NCBI GenBank assembly: GCA_964016885.1
Contig: OZ024740.1
Location: forward strand, 406,100,001 to 406,164,000
Length of the DNA stretch: 64,000 bases
Reading direction: 5' to 3'
Source: Eledone cirrhosa
Lineage: Eukaryota
The translations under genes and the position numbers were made by a program. Below are positions 47,816-57,723 of this stretch, one piece after another. The notes under the pieces are model-generated. The model made no database searches. It had not been told where the DNA came from and was given only the letters and a program-made list of their open reading frames with translations. Positions within the stretch are counted from its first letter, which is position 1, and each line of letters opens with the position of its first letter.

Positions 47816-48342
47816 TAGATGAGCTTGGATAAAATTGTAGTAACATTATAGAAGACATAGAGAGGTATCAGTACCAGTGATATGTTGGTGAGTGAATCTT
47901 GGTCAGTCAACTAAATAACTCTTTTATTTATATTTGTGATATATGTGTAGTAACCATAGCACTATTCCTCATATATAAGTGATAGTAGAGCTTTGTGTAG
48001 AGTCAGCAAAGGATTGTGAGGTGACTGAAGTATATTCTAACTCCAGAGAGGAAAACCTGCCTTTAAGATCTAGCTTTGGCTTTGTTATGTACATTCAACT
48101 ATCTCGAGAGATCGTTCGCAACAAGTTTGAAGGCTTCAGTTGTCATTTGTCATGTATATGTATGTACGCCTAACTTAAAATGGAGTCAAAGGGATGCCAT
48201 AGTGACATACATGTCTTGGGCATTTTAAACCTAGTGGAGGCCATCCCTATCTAGAGATGAACACAGCTACTTTCCATGCTTATATAAGTTAGCTAGGTTG
48301 TCACATACTAAAGCTAGGCTAATAAGTTGCTTATTTTTTGGC

Positions 48343-48375
48343 TTGGTTTCTATGGCTGGATGCCCTTCCTAATAC
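48343..48375 (-). mobile_element. SINE fragment (GGAAGGGCATCCAGC motif family)
   Basis: GTTTCTATGGCTGGATGCCCTTCCTAATAC is close to the reverse complement of the motif at 55167-55196, and a related motif lies at 49631-49646. Confidence 0.65.
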
Positions 48376-48377
48376 TT

Positions 48378-48492
48378 GTTTCTACTTTTGGCACAAGGCC
48401 AGCAAATTAACCAGTGTTTTACTGGTACTTTATTTTATCAACCCCATAAGGATGAAAGGCAAAGTTAACCTCGGTGGGATTTGATTCAGCAT
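48378..48492 (-). mobile_element. Partial tRNA-derived SINE, family A (octopus-type)
   Basis: CTGGTACTTTATTTTATCAACCCCATAAGGATGAAAGGCAAAGTTAACCTCGGTGGGATTTGA matches the reverse complement of the copies at 50451, 52433 and 56594. Confidence 0.8.
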
Positions 48493-48838
48493 ATACAGAG
48501 AGTATTTTATCAAGAGTCCAGCACCTTACAGGATAGACTGGGTAATTTTTATCATGACACCAGCATTACTTTATTACTAGAGTGCTCATTGTATCTTTAG
48601 CTAGGCTGGGGAGGCATTGATGAGAGTTGGAATGTAAGAGAAGAGAGGCTACATGCTGCTTGCCAGGGGAGGGGAGCTTGTCCCACTGTAGGAGAAATGT
48701 TTGGTTATGGAGGTGACCCTAAAGAAAGTGAGTTGCATCTGACAGTATATTGTGTGGCATGCTTGTCTCGCCATGCTGAGATGGATTTTGCAAGGAAAGT
48801 GAATCAGAGTTGTGGGTAGGGCTAGCAATTACAATGTA

Positions 48839-48841
48839 TGT

Positions 48842-48872
<31 letters not shown>
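48839..48872. repeat. (TG)n microsatellite followed by a poly-G run
   Basis: Seen directly. Confidence 0.95.
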
Positions 48873-48938
48873 CACATCTTTCTTTTATACACGATATTGA
48901 ATTCAGTATGATGTTGACAGAAATTCTATTGTATATAC

Positions 48939-49042
48939 ACCATCATCGTTTTAATGTCTACCTGTCCATGTTGGCATGAGGTGGCTGAGACTCTTTTGAA
49001 GCAGTGTTCTATAGCTGGGTGTTCTTTATGATGCCAACCCTT
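48939..49042 (-). mobile_element. Degenerate SINE 3' end with a (GAT)n-type tail
   Basis: CATCATCGTTTTAATGTCTACCTGTCCATGTTGGCATG resembles the reverse complement of CAGCATGGAAAGCAGACATAAAAATGATGATG at 55250-55284. A degenerate CTATAGCTGGGTG..GCCAACC motif follows. Confidence 0.6.
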
Positions 49043-49317
49043 ACTTCTTTTTAATTGAGGTTGAACTGTTGAGCTGCAGGTTATAATCAAACATCACTGC
49101 CTGCACAACCAGGTTCAAATGTAAAGACACCAAGGCAACCACTCATACACACATATACTCAAATATATATTGATGGGGGTGTTTTGCATACGTGTGTACC
49201 CAGAATGATCAAACATTAATTGAATGAGGACTCAATAGATATTAGCAGAGTATAAATTTTATTTTCTGAAGGAAAAGGTGACAGTGATTTCGAAGTTTCG
49301 GCATTTATGCCTCCGAT

Positions 49318-49462
49318 GGACTTCCATATAGTTTCCATCTACCTAATTCACTCACAAAATGTTGGTCAGCTCAAGGCTAAAGTAAAGGTGATTTGCTCAA
49401 GGTGCCATGCAGTAGGACAAAACCTGAATCCATGTGATTGCAAACTTTGTAACATGGCCATG
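49318..49462 (-). mobile_element. Degenerate 5' half of a tRNA-derived SINE, family B
   Basis: The reverse strand reads ...GGATTCAGGTTTTGTCCTACTGCATGGCACCTTGAGCAAATCACC...GTGAGTGAATTAGGTAGATGGAAACTATATGGAAG. This has a decayed B-box region and a CCTTGAGCAA core, and overlaps in homology with the adjacent + strand fragment. Confidence 0.6.
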
Positions 49463-49670
49463 AGTGGGTTTACAGCATTTACAGATTGAAACTGTATGAA
49501 GCCTGTCATATATATATATATGTGTGTGCGTGTTATTTTCTCTTCACATTTGACATCAAAAGCAATGATATTTGTTTATGTTCCATGTAAACATAGTACC
49601 TTACTTAAAAAAAAGTGAGAGTTTGTGGCAGGCAGGGCATCCAGCCAGCATGGCTGGATGATGATGATGA
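49462..49670 (+). mobile_element. Degenerate 3' half of SINE family B with internal (TA)(TG) tract and (GAT)n tail
   Basis: GAGTGG..AGATTGAAACTGTATGAAGCCTGTCATATATA..TGTG..GGCAGGGCATCCAGCC..GATGATGATGA. Confidence 0.6.
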
Positions 49671-49820
49671 TAGTTCAAGATAACATTTTTATGTTACATT
49701 TATAAATCAAAATAATTTTCTGAATTCAGTAAATTTAAGATTAGTCTGAGCAAATCAAGCTTACAGTTGAGTTTTGATTCCAAGTTGTAGCCATTTCTCT
49801 TCACATTTCTTTTCACTTAC

Positions 49821-49910
49821 CTTGCAGCAACTTTTGAGAAAGCCATAAACTTCCCACAATCAATCCCATTTCTTAGATTTGTAAAAACAAACCTGAAGCA
49901 TGGTACATAT
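49821..49910 (-). other. Candidate exon (90 bp; alternative in-frame acceptor gives 72 bp from 49892)
   Basis: Minus strand reads CTAAC..TTGACTTCTCAG | exon | GTAAGT, and the exon ends AAG. One frame is open: YVPCFRFVFTNLRNGIDCGKFMAFSKVAA. I do not recognise a homologue. Confidence 0.35.
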
Positions 49911-50057
49911 CTGAGAAGTCAATGAATGTTAGAACACTGGCAACCAAAACAATGTCAAAAAAATCATAATCCTTCTGTATGTCATTTTATTTAACATTTC
50001 TTTTCTAGTAACAAATAGGAATAGTAAATAATTTCTTCTATGCAAGACAGAAAATCT

Positions 50058-50293
50058 TTAACCTCTTTGATACCAAACTACTTGAAACCACACCTGGTTC
50101 CATGATGAAAAACTGTTTATGATTAAATTTAAACCTTCTATTATAATATTTTGTAAGAACGTTTTTTTTATCATCTAATCACCAACATAAGGAGAAAGTT
50201 ACTTATACTACTGATTCCCCTCAAATGTTTGAATATTTTAAAAATTAATTGAAAATAATTGGCAGTATATTTCTTTAGAACAAAAGGGCATAA
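50058..50293 (+). mobile_element. Degenerate MITE with TTAACC(C)TTT...AAAGGG ends (piggyBac-like termini)
   Basis: Starts TTAACCTCTTTGATACCAA and ends AACAAAAGGGCATAA. The interior is homologous to 53893-54142 (AAACCTTC..ATAAT..TGTAAGAA; GAGAAAGTTA.TTATA.TACT; TTGAAAAT.AT.GGCAGT). Confidence 0.6.
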
Positions 50294-50450
50294 TAACAAA
50301 AAAAAAAGATTTTGAATTTATAATTGGAAGCTTTTTTTCTACTTTCATATGACTTGTGGAAATTTGTGTCATTTAACCCTTTTGATAGGAAACAACAAGC
50401 AACTATGTGTGGTTTTATGTTATTATTATTATCATTGGTTTTAGGGGTTT

Positions 50451-50645
50451 GGATTGGCAGGATGTTGAACAAAATGCTTTGCAGCATTTGCTACGACTCT
50501 TTATATTCTGGGTTCAAATCCCACCAAAATCAACTTTGTCTTTCATCCTTCCAGGAATGATGAAATAAAGAACCAGTCAGGTCAATTTAATTGAATTTTC
50601 TGTCTCCACTAATTACTGGCTACGTGCCTAAAATTAGAAGCAATT
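50451..50645 (+). mobile_element. tRNA-derived SINE, family A, near full length
   Basis: TGGCAG A-box-like start, B box GGTTCAAATCC (~50511), CAACTTTGTCTTTCATCCTT, and 3' GTGCCTAAAATTAGAA. Homologous to the copies at 52433 and 56594. Confidence 0.8.
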
Positions 50646-50762
50646 GTTACCAGCACTTTACACATTTTCTTAAGCTGGTAAGGATTTGATGAAAGCTAGA
50701 GCTCATCCCAGTTTTATGTGGCATTAAGTAGTTGAGAGTACATGACGGGATACCAGTTCATA

Positions 50763-50897
50763 AGGTTAACCCCAGTTGATATTGGTACTCATTCTTAGTT
50801 GCATGGACAAGAGCAACATGAAATGAAGAGCTTTGCTCAAGAACAATGGAACTTATGAGCTTATGATTATGAAACCAATGTACCAACTCCTAAGCCA
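50763..50897 (-). mobile_element. Partial SINE, family C (same family as 55326-55610)
   Basis: The reverse complement GTTCTTGAGCAAAGCTCTTCATTTCATGTTGCTC..AATGAGTACC..CTGGGGTTAACC aligns to 55407-55490. Confidence 0.75.
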
Positions 50898-51154
50898 ACA
50901 AGCTTCAAACCATTTGTATTAAAATTCTTAAAAATTAAATTTAAATATTGACTGCTGTTATGTTATTACATGAGTTATAATGTAAGATTTCAGTAAATAA
51001 AAGATCCATAGATTTTATGCTGCAAAGCATTTTGTCCAACACTTTAATGATTCTGCCAATACCAAACCTTAAAACTGATAGTAATAGTAACATAAAACCA
51101 CAACTAGTTGTGTATTGTTTGCTATCATTGTGCCATTTTAAAAATATGTATTTG

Positions 51155-51353
51155 TAACACATTTAAACTGGCCATAACTCTCTCACCTCTTTCTGTTCAA
51201 ACTGGCTGTAACTTGCCACTCATACTGATGTTAAGGTATTGTTCTCAAAATAAATAATATCAAAATCTCATAGATTCGATATTACGTGAGATAAAGCCTT
51301 TACCATGAAAATACAATAGTAAATATAGAGTCATGTAAATGTTAAAGGGTTAA
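51155..51353 (+). mobile_element. Degenerate MITE ending AATGTTAAAGGGTTAA (TTAA-CCCT type terminus)
   Basis: The right terminus AAAGGGTTAA is intact. The internal CATTTAAACTGGCCATA / TGTTCAAACTGGC sub-repeat resembles a repeat I recall from octopus DNA. The left end is decayed. Confidence 0.5.
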
Positions 51354-51369
51354 TATCCCAATAAATATA

Positions 51370-51699
51370 CAGTGGAACCTCGGTTCATGAATGTCTCTCA
51401 TCATGACAAATCGGTTTATGAACAATTTTTCTGAATTTAAAACATCTTGGGTATTGAATGGTGTTTCAAGTAACAAATGTGCAAGCCAGCAACGGCGGTT
51501 GGCGACAAGCTGGGAGTATCAGCAGGAAAGCATCATTTGCTGTATAATCAGTTACTATAGTGATATCTATCTGATCTTCCACGCAAAGTCTCTCTCTCTC
51601 TCAATGTTTCATACGTGGAAAATAGTTTTGCTTTATGACCATTTCAGGTGACAAACGGCCTTCAGGAATGAATTAAGCTCATGAATCGAAGTTCCACTG
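51370..51699. mobile_element. 330-bp non-autonomous Tc1/mariner-superfamily (pogo/Tigger-like) MITE
   Basis: The left TIR is CAGTGGAACCTCGGTTCATGA and the reverse complement of the right end is CAGTGGAACTTCGATTCATGA (19/21 identical). TA flanks both sides (51368-69, 51700-01). There is no transposase ORF. Confidence 0.9.
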
Positions 51700-52432
51700 T
51701 ATTTAAAAAGATATTTTAATAAATCAATTTAAATACTGATTATTTTAATAATGATTATTTTAATAATTAATTTAAACACATTGGCAGTGTATTTTTGTTA
51801 CATAATCTCTTAACTTTTAACATCCTGTACCACATGAAACCGCATTAGTAAGATATTTTAAAAAAGTACAAAACAGCACTAGGACTGCATCGCATTAAAC
51901 ATTAAAGTCTTTACTCTAATATTGCAAAATTTTCCAATGATATGTCCAGTAGTAAATATACTATAAACATTTGGATTAACAACCCACTTTTAGATATTCT
52001 CTGCTAAATGATATATGTTCCCACCATCAATTGTATTACTTGTCAAATGTTTCTAAATCAAGATTGTACTTAGGAGTTAATACTATATTTTGATAGTTGG
52101 AAGAGCATGTTTAGAATATAAAGAAGGTATATTTTATAAGGTTATAATGTTTTAGACTATTAATCTTATTTCAGAAAAATATTTACATCTAGATCAGGGT
52201 ATGGGAACATGCTACCCCAAACTGTAGTTCTTTACACTATCTCTAGAGGCTCTTAGGCACTCTGAATTATTTTATTTTATTTTATTAAATGTGCAAACTT
52301 GTATTAAAATAAAAGACATGACTTATAACATTCACATCGAAGTAATTTCAGATAAGATTCAAAGCCAAAAATCTAATTGAGTAAGAAAAATTCAGCTAAA
52401 TCCATGTTTTCTTGTATGTATTTTTGTTTATA

Positions 52433-52590
52433 AGGCAGAGAATTGGCAGAGTTGTTAGGGGTATTGGATTAAAAATGTTTCTGTATTTGTTTCAGTTACA
52501 GTGCTCTGAGTTCAAATCCCACCAAGGTCAACTTTGCCTTTTACTCTTTCAAGATCAATAATAAAATACCAGTCCAGCACTGGGGTTGGT
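52433..52590 (+). mobile_element. tRNA-derived SINE, family A
   Basis: GGCAGAGAATTGGCAGAGTTGTTAG..CTGAGTTCAAATCCCACCAAGGTCAACTTTGCCTTT..TACCAGTCCAGCACTGGGGT. Confidence 0.8.
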
Positions 52591-53386
52591 TCCTCTCATC
52601 GTGGGAAAAAATTGGTTATGTTCTGACCTGGAAAGGGATGGACCCCACCAGGTTTTAAAATGACCAGGATATGCTGTGTTAGGACAGCACCTCTATGACT
52701 ATTAGGAGTTTAGGCCCCTTTACTGTTATTTTTGTTTATAATATATTATGCAGCTCTGATAGTATCAATAACATTTTTTTTAGCTAAAAATGGTTCCACC
52801 ACCTCTGATCTAGACTATGTTTTGATCTCCAATCACTGTCAGGTATCTTATTTCTGGAATAGGAGAGAAGAGAAGACAAGCCAGTTGAAACGGACTTATG
52901 ATTTGAAGAGGGGGGGGGGTATTCACCTTTTAGAAGCAAAAGAGGGACTCTTTAGTTTTCTTTAACAAATTGTTCTAATTCTTTTTTCTGTTCTTTTACT
53001 TGCATAGAACACTTAAAACAAGGCATACATTTCACACCTGGCCTAAACCTATTTCCAGCTTTATGCAGGCTTGTATACACATATGAGATGAAGGACTTAA
53101 TTGCAGTGGTAACAGATTATATTTCACAAATGTAATATGTAAGAATAATTGTGGAAATTGAATGTTATTTTTTCTTCAATAACTGATGTCACTGGTGCTA
53201 TAGAGTAGGTGCCATTGGTAATAGTAACAATGCTCATGTATGTACATTTCTTCTCTCTGTGGGTATTGCTTGTTGGTGAGCTGTTTTTGTTCAGCTCAAA
53301 TTTTCTTTTGCACAGCCTGGTAAGTGGTTACCATGTAGCTGTTTCAGCTTGACCAATGAATGTATCAATAATGAGACTCAACTCAC

Positions 53387-53521
53387 CGCTGGCAAGGCAT
53401 CCTGGTTCTGTGGTGTAACAATATAACAGAGTTTTTGACCAGGTTTCAATTTCTTATTATAACCAATTCACTTCCTTGTAAAAGGAAGACACAGGCATCA
53501 TATATCTACATATCCTTTGAA
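53387..53521 (-). other. Candidate exon (135 bp), mostly untranslated, possibly carrying a start codon (ATG CCT TGC CAG CG)
   Basis: Minus strand reads TGTTTTCAG | exon | GTGAGT. All three frames contain stops. A late ATG with A at -3 is phase-compatible with the 49821-49910 candidate exon. Confidence 0.3.
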
Positions 53522-53892
53522 CTGAAAACAGATAGCCATCAATGTATTGTCAAATAATTGGCTATTTTATCACATGTTTGTAATATAATTTGATTGATTA
53601 TTCACAGATTTTATCATCAAGAGTAGATATCTGAGTATTATTAATTAGTAATGAATACAACAATCCTATATGTTTTTATGATAGGAAATATCAATAGTTA
53701 AATGTCAGATGAAATGGGTTACAATATTTAGTTTTATCAGCGATCATTGCTGCAGAATATAATATAACTTCTCAATCTTCAGACAGCAATAAGATAATCT
53801 GTCATAGAAGCCATTATACTTCATTTAAGTATACATTTCTTCAGCAGTGCATAAATTCCAAAGCATTCACTCTCTTTTCTATAAAACACAGG

Positions 53893-54142
53893 CCCTTTAC
53901 ACCAATAAAAACATTCCTCCTCTTTTTTTTTATACAAAATCTTTTCATTTTAAAATCTTTATATATATCTACAAACCTTCCGATATAATTTTATGTAAGA
54001 ATCTTAAGTTATCTTCTAAACCCCAGCTATGAGAAAGTTAGTTATATTACTTAAATTCCTCCAAATTTCTGATTATTTCAAAAATGATTTGAAAATCATA
54101 GGCAGTGTCTTTCACTAAAAATTTGGTAATGAAAGGATTTAG
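53893..54142 (+). mobile_element. Second degenerate copy of the 50058-50293 MITE family
   Basis: Internal homology as listed for 50058-50293. Starts CCCTTTACACCAA and ends TTTGGTAATGAAAGGATTTAG. Confidence 0.6.
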
Positions 54143-54695
54143 GTTACAATTTTAAATTCTGTCAAAGATAACTCTTTTATTCTTTGAAAGTCAATAAAAA
54201 TAAGGTGCCAGTAATATAGAAAAGTCAATTCAATGGATTATATTACTCCCCTCTAAATACTGGTTGGTGTTATATATTTCCACTGAAAACAGGAAGTAAC
54301 TTGACTTAAAACAGACTTATACAAGTGATTCCATATATATGTGTACTATGAGTATGAGACATGTGTGTGGGTGTACAAGTGCATATTGCTGATTTGATTC
54401 AAAAGTATGAGTGGGTGGTAAAACAACATTTGGCTTATAAGACACAAAAATGCTGATCTATGAAGTGAAAATGGAAGGGAGAGGTTTAGGTATCAACTTA
54501 TGCACTGACAGACAGAAATTCTGACTTTCTCTCTCAAATACATAGATTGCATTGTGTTGTGAGAACTTATCTACTAAATAGTTTAAGAGTAGCGAATCTG
54601 TACTGCTGCTAGACTGTAAGGGTGCTCTAAATATCAAGGGAAAGGAAGAGAACTACAAGGCTGCCTTATATTGCTTGGACAATATATCCACTCAC

Positions 54696-54717
54696 CTCCT
54701 GGTAATGGCAACGGAAA
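54696..54717 (-). other. Candidate 22-bp micro-exon
   Basis: Minus strand reads TTTTTTGTTTCTTTTTTTAACAG | TTTCCGTTGCCATTACCAGGAG | GTGAGT, with near-ideal acceptor and donor. Confidence 0.4.
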
Positions 54718-55161
54718 CTGTTAAAAAAAGAAACAAAAAAGGGGGTTGGTTGTTGATATATTTTGTGAATTTAAAAAAAAAAAAAATCACACAAAAACCA
54801 TATATATATATATATATTTGTGTATACATACATGTGAATGTAGATTTGTTATAAATCAAATTATAATACTGCTGCTGATGTATAAAAGAAATATATAGTT
54901 TAGATATTGAAATAATATTAAAATAGAAAACTCTAGTTTGCTTATTTCTTAATTGAAGTAAAATTCTTTTATTTGAATAAAAGTTCAGCTTTCTACTAAA
55001 ATGATGATTACTTGTTTCAAATTCTAAATTCCAAAGTAATTAATCCTACTTTGTAGAGGTACTGATAAGTAGGACTGGATTCAATCTACCATGTTCCTGA
55101 GATAAAGCCTTAGGTGTTTATGTCATAATGTTTTCTTTTCACAGAAGTTATGTGTTATGGT

Positions 55162-55292
55162 AGTTGGTGTTAGGAAGGACATCCAGCTGTAGAAACCATA
55201 CCAAATATGGAATGTATGAAAAAAATGTGGTCACCCGTCTAGCCAATTCCAGCATGGAAAGCAGACATAAAAATGATGATGATGGTGGTGGT
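55162..55292 (+). mobile_element. SINE 3' portion (GGAAGGACATCCAGCTGTAGAAACC motif, (GAT)n tail)
   Basis: The motif is shared with 48343-48375 (-) and 49631-49646. The element ends CAGCATGGAAAGCAGACATAAAAATGATGATGATGG. Confidence 0.7.
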
Positions 55293-55325
55293 GAAGATGC
55301 TTCTCAAAATTTCTGCTGGCAAAGT

Positions 55326-55610
55326 GGAGGTGTGTGGCCTAGTGGTAAGGATGTTTGACTTACAATCATAATGTTGTGGGTTCGATTCTTGGGCTGAGTT
55401 GCATGAGTTCTTGAGCAAAACACTTCATTTCACGTTGCTCCGGTATACTCAGCTGAAAATGAGTACTAGCAATAGCTGGGGTTTTAACCCTGCCATGGAC
55501 TGGCATCCTGTCCAGGAGGAAGTCTTGTACTCTCAGTTGATTCTTGCCATTAAACTGGGATAAGCAATGGCCTAACAAGCTTAAGACAGACTTTAGACTT
55601 AGAGACTTAG
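55326..55610 (+). mobile_element. Full-length tRNA-derived SINE, family C, with a conserved central domain (Nin/Deu- or V-like)
   Basis: A box TGGCCTAGTGG at 55335-55345 and B box GGTTCGATTC at 55379-55388. These are followed by TTGAGCAAAACACTT, AACCCTGCCATGGACTGGCATCCTGTCCAGG and an (AGACTT)-like tail. Confidence 0.85.
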
Positions 55611-56593
55611 AATTGTTGTCAATTGAAACATTTTCAATGTATACTACATCACTGGAGCTGTGAACTATTCTTGGTAAGGATATTTAGATTTTAATAGTCT
55701 AGTATATCTACAAAGTTGAAAATAATGGGTATCAAAGAAAGGTATATAGCTGTAATTAATTGATGAAAGCAGTATCAGCTTTGTATATAACAAACTAAAG
55801 AAGGTCACATAAACTTGCAATGCTCAGCTCAAATGTTACCATGGGTTACCAATAGTTTCTCTATAAAAAATCAATAGAGTAATCACATATTGATGGATAT
55901 GTCCAATTTAAGAAAGATAAAATCAATTTAACAGCAACTAACTAACTCCCAATACTGACTAACTACTCACCACTAGTCTCTTTGAATTCTAGTGAGATTA
56001 CTTTCAACAATGTTGTTGCGAGAGAGAGGGGTTTTGTTGTTACTGCTGCATGAGCAGAGTTACGGCACAGAAATATCTGATCAAATGAAGCAGCCAACTA
56101 GAGAGTGTACCCAGAGATTGCTTTTATTGTTGGACATGCTGACTAAAATTTAAGATATAAACATGTGACCTAGACCATAAAATAGATATTTTACATGAGA
56201 ACCAATATTTGATTGCAATGGAAAGTGCTATAATACAAGATTCCTCTCAACAATTCAGTTTTGATTCTCAAGTGAACACACTTTTCTTTTGCACTACTAT
56301 GGTCATTTACGAACATTATAAAGTCCCACATTTCTACAATTTTATGATTTTACACTAAAGTAAGAAACCATTTGTTAATACAATAAAATGTTTAAACTAA
56401 ACAGTTTTCTATATCCATCTCAAAATTGTTTCTTTTTTGAAAAATTCCTTGATATTTTATTGCTGAAGTTATAAAAGCTATTCCTCAATTAAAGAGCTAT
56501 GATAATTTCTTACATCAGCATAGAGCTAATTGTTAAGTCAATAGTCTTAGCTGCCTCATCTAAAAAACAACTTAATATCTACAGTTGGATAAA

Positions 56594-56799
56594 GGGTGTT
56601 GGATTGGCAGAACTGGAAAAGCATCAGATAAAATGCCATTGCAGTATTTGTTCTGGCTCTTTACATACTGAGTTCAAATACCACCAAGGCCAAATCCTTC
56701 CAGTGTTAATAAAACAAAGTACCAGTCAAGTACTGGGGTTGATTTAATCACCTTTGCCCTTCCTCAAAAATTGCAGGCCTTGTGCCTAAAGTAGAAATC
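56594..56799 (+). mobile_element. Full-length SINE, family A, with a 20-bp target-site duplication
   Basis: TTGGCAGAA..GAGTTCAAATACCACCAAGG..AAGTACCAGTCAAGTACTGGGGTTGAT..GGCCTTGTGCCTAAAGTAGAAA. Flanked by AATATCTACAGTTGGATAAA (56574-93) and AATGTCTACAGTTCGATAAA (56800-19). Confidence 0.88.
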
Positions 56800-57660
56800 A
56801 ATGTCTACAGTTCGATAAAAACTCACAATACTGTGATTGGGATATACTTTCAACAAAATCAAATATACTTTTCATCCTTTCAGCGGTCAATGAAAATATG
56901 TACAAGTTGATTTGGTTATTTAATTTTCAGTGCAGTCTATGCGCCTTATATCGCCAATAGTGTAATCTCCCCTTAATACACAATGCAGTGTCAAGGGAAG
57001 CAATCCATAAAAAAAAATCAGCATGCTGAAGATTAATTATAACTGGCAAAACTGGGCTTATACTAGGACAAAGACCATCTATTTTTTATAATTATGTGTT
57101 TAGCTTTAATCAAAGCATATAATACTGCTAGCTTTGCTCTTTGAAAGTGGAAATACATACTAAACCTACTTCATTGATGAGAGGTTTGTGTCCTGTTGCA
57201 AAAATACTGGCTACATTAAATCACATGAAAAACATTCATATATATTTTTAAAAATCAACTGAAAACATGAAAAATAGATATAAAATAGTTAAAAAATATG
57301 TGCCAGTTATTACAAGATACTTTTTATGGTGGTTGATTTAAGATGAAAGGTTCTATCAATGAAGGAGGAATGGAATTGTACCCCCAAAAAGGCAATAGAA
57401 ATCAGTTAGTCCATCTGGAAGAACAGTACAGTTCTTACAGATAAATGGTTAGTGATAGGAGTGTTGCCAACTTAAAAATAAATAAAAAATATCCCAATAA
57501 TGTACATATTCAAATCTGTAAACCCTGTTGCCCTATCTAAGCATAAATGCAAAATATGTAAGGAAAATAAGTGTTCACTCTGCTGCTAAATAAAGCTGGT
57601 AAAATTTTGTAATTCTGTTCTCTAGTACTAAAAATAAAGTTAATCATTAATGTATATTAT

Positions 57661-57662
<2 letters not shown>

Positions 57663-57723
<61 letters not shown>
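57663..57723. repeat. Compound (TC)n(AC)n microsatellite
   Basis: Seen directly. Confidence 0.97.

Noticed and set aside
50275-51162. Two similar small ORFs on opposite strands as paralogous membrane peptides
   Set aside because: The similarity comes from the inverted DNA duplication and SINE head. The hydrophobic residues derive from (TTA)n-like sequence.
55150-55172. GTGTTATGGTAGTTGGTGTTAG as the seed of the satellite monomer (also GGTCTTTAAGG at ~61270)
   Set aside because: The exact matches are only about 11 bp and low in complexity, so they are expected by chance or belong to the SINE motif.
55326-55400. tRNA gene
   Set aside because: A and B boxes are present, but there is no convincing cloverleaf or acceptor stem. 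The sequence continues into a SINE body that has a second copy at 50763-50897.
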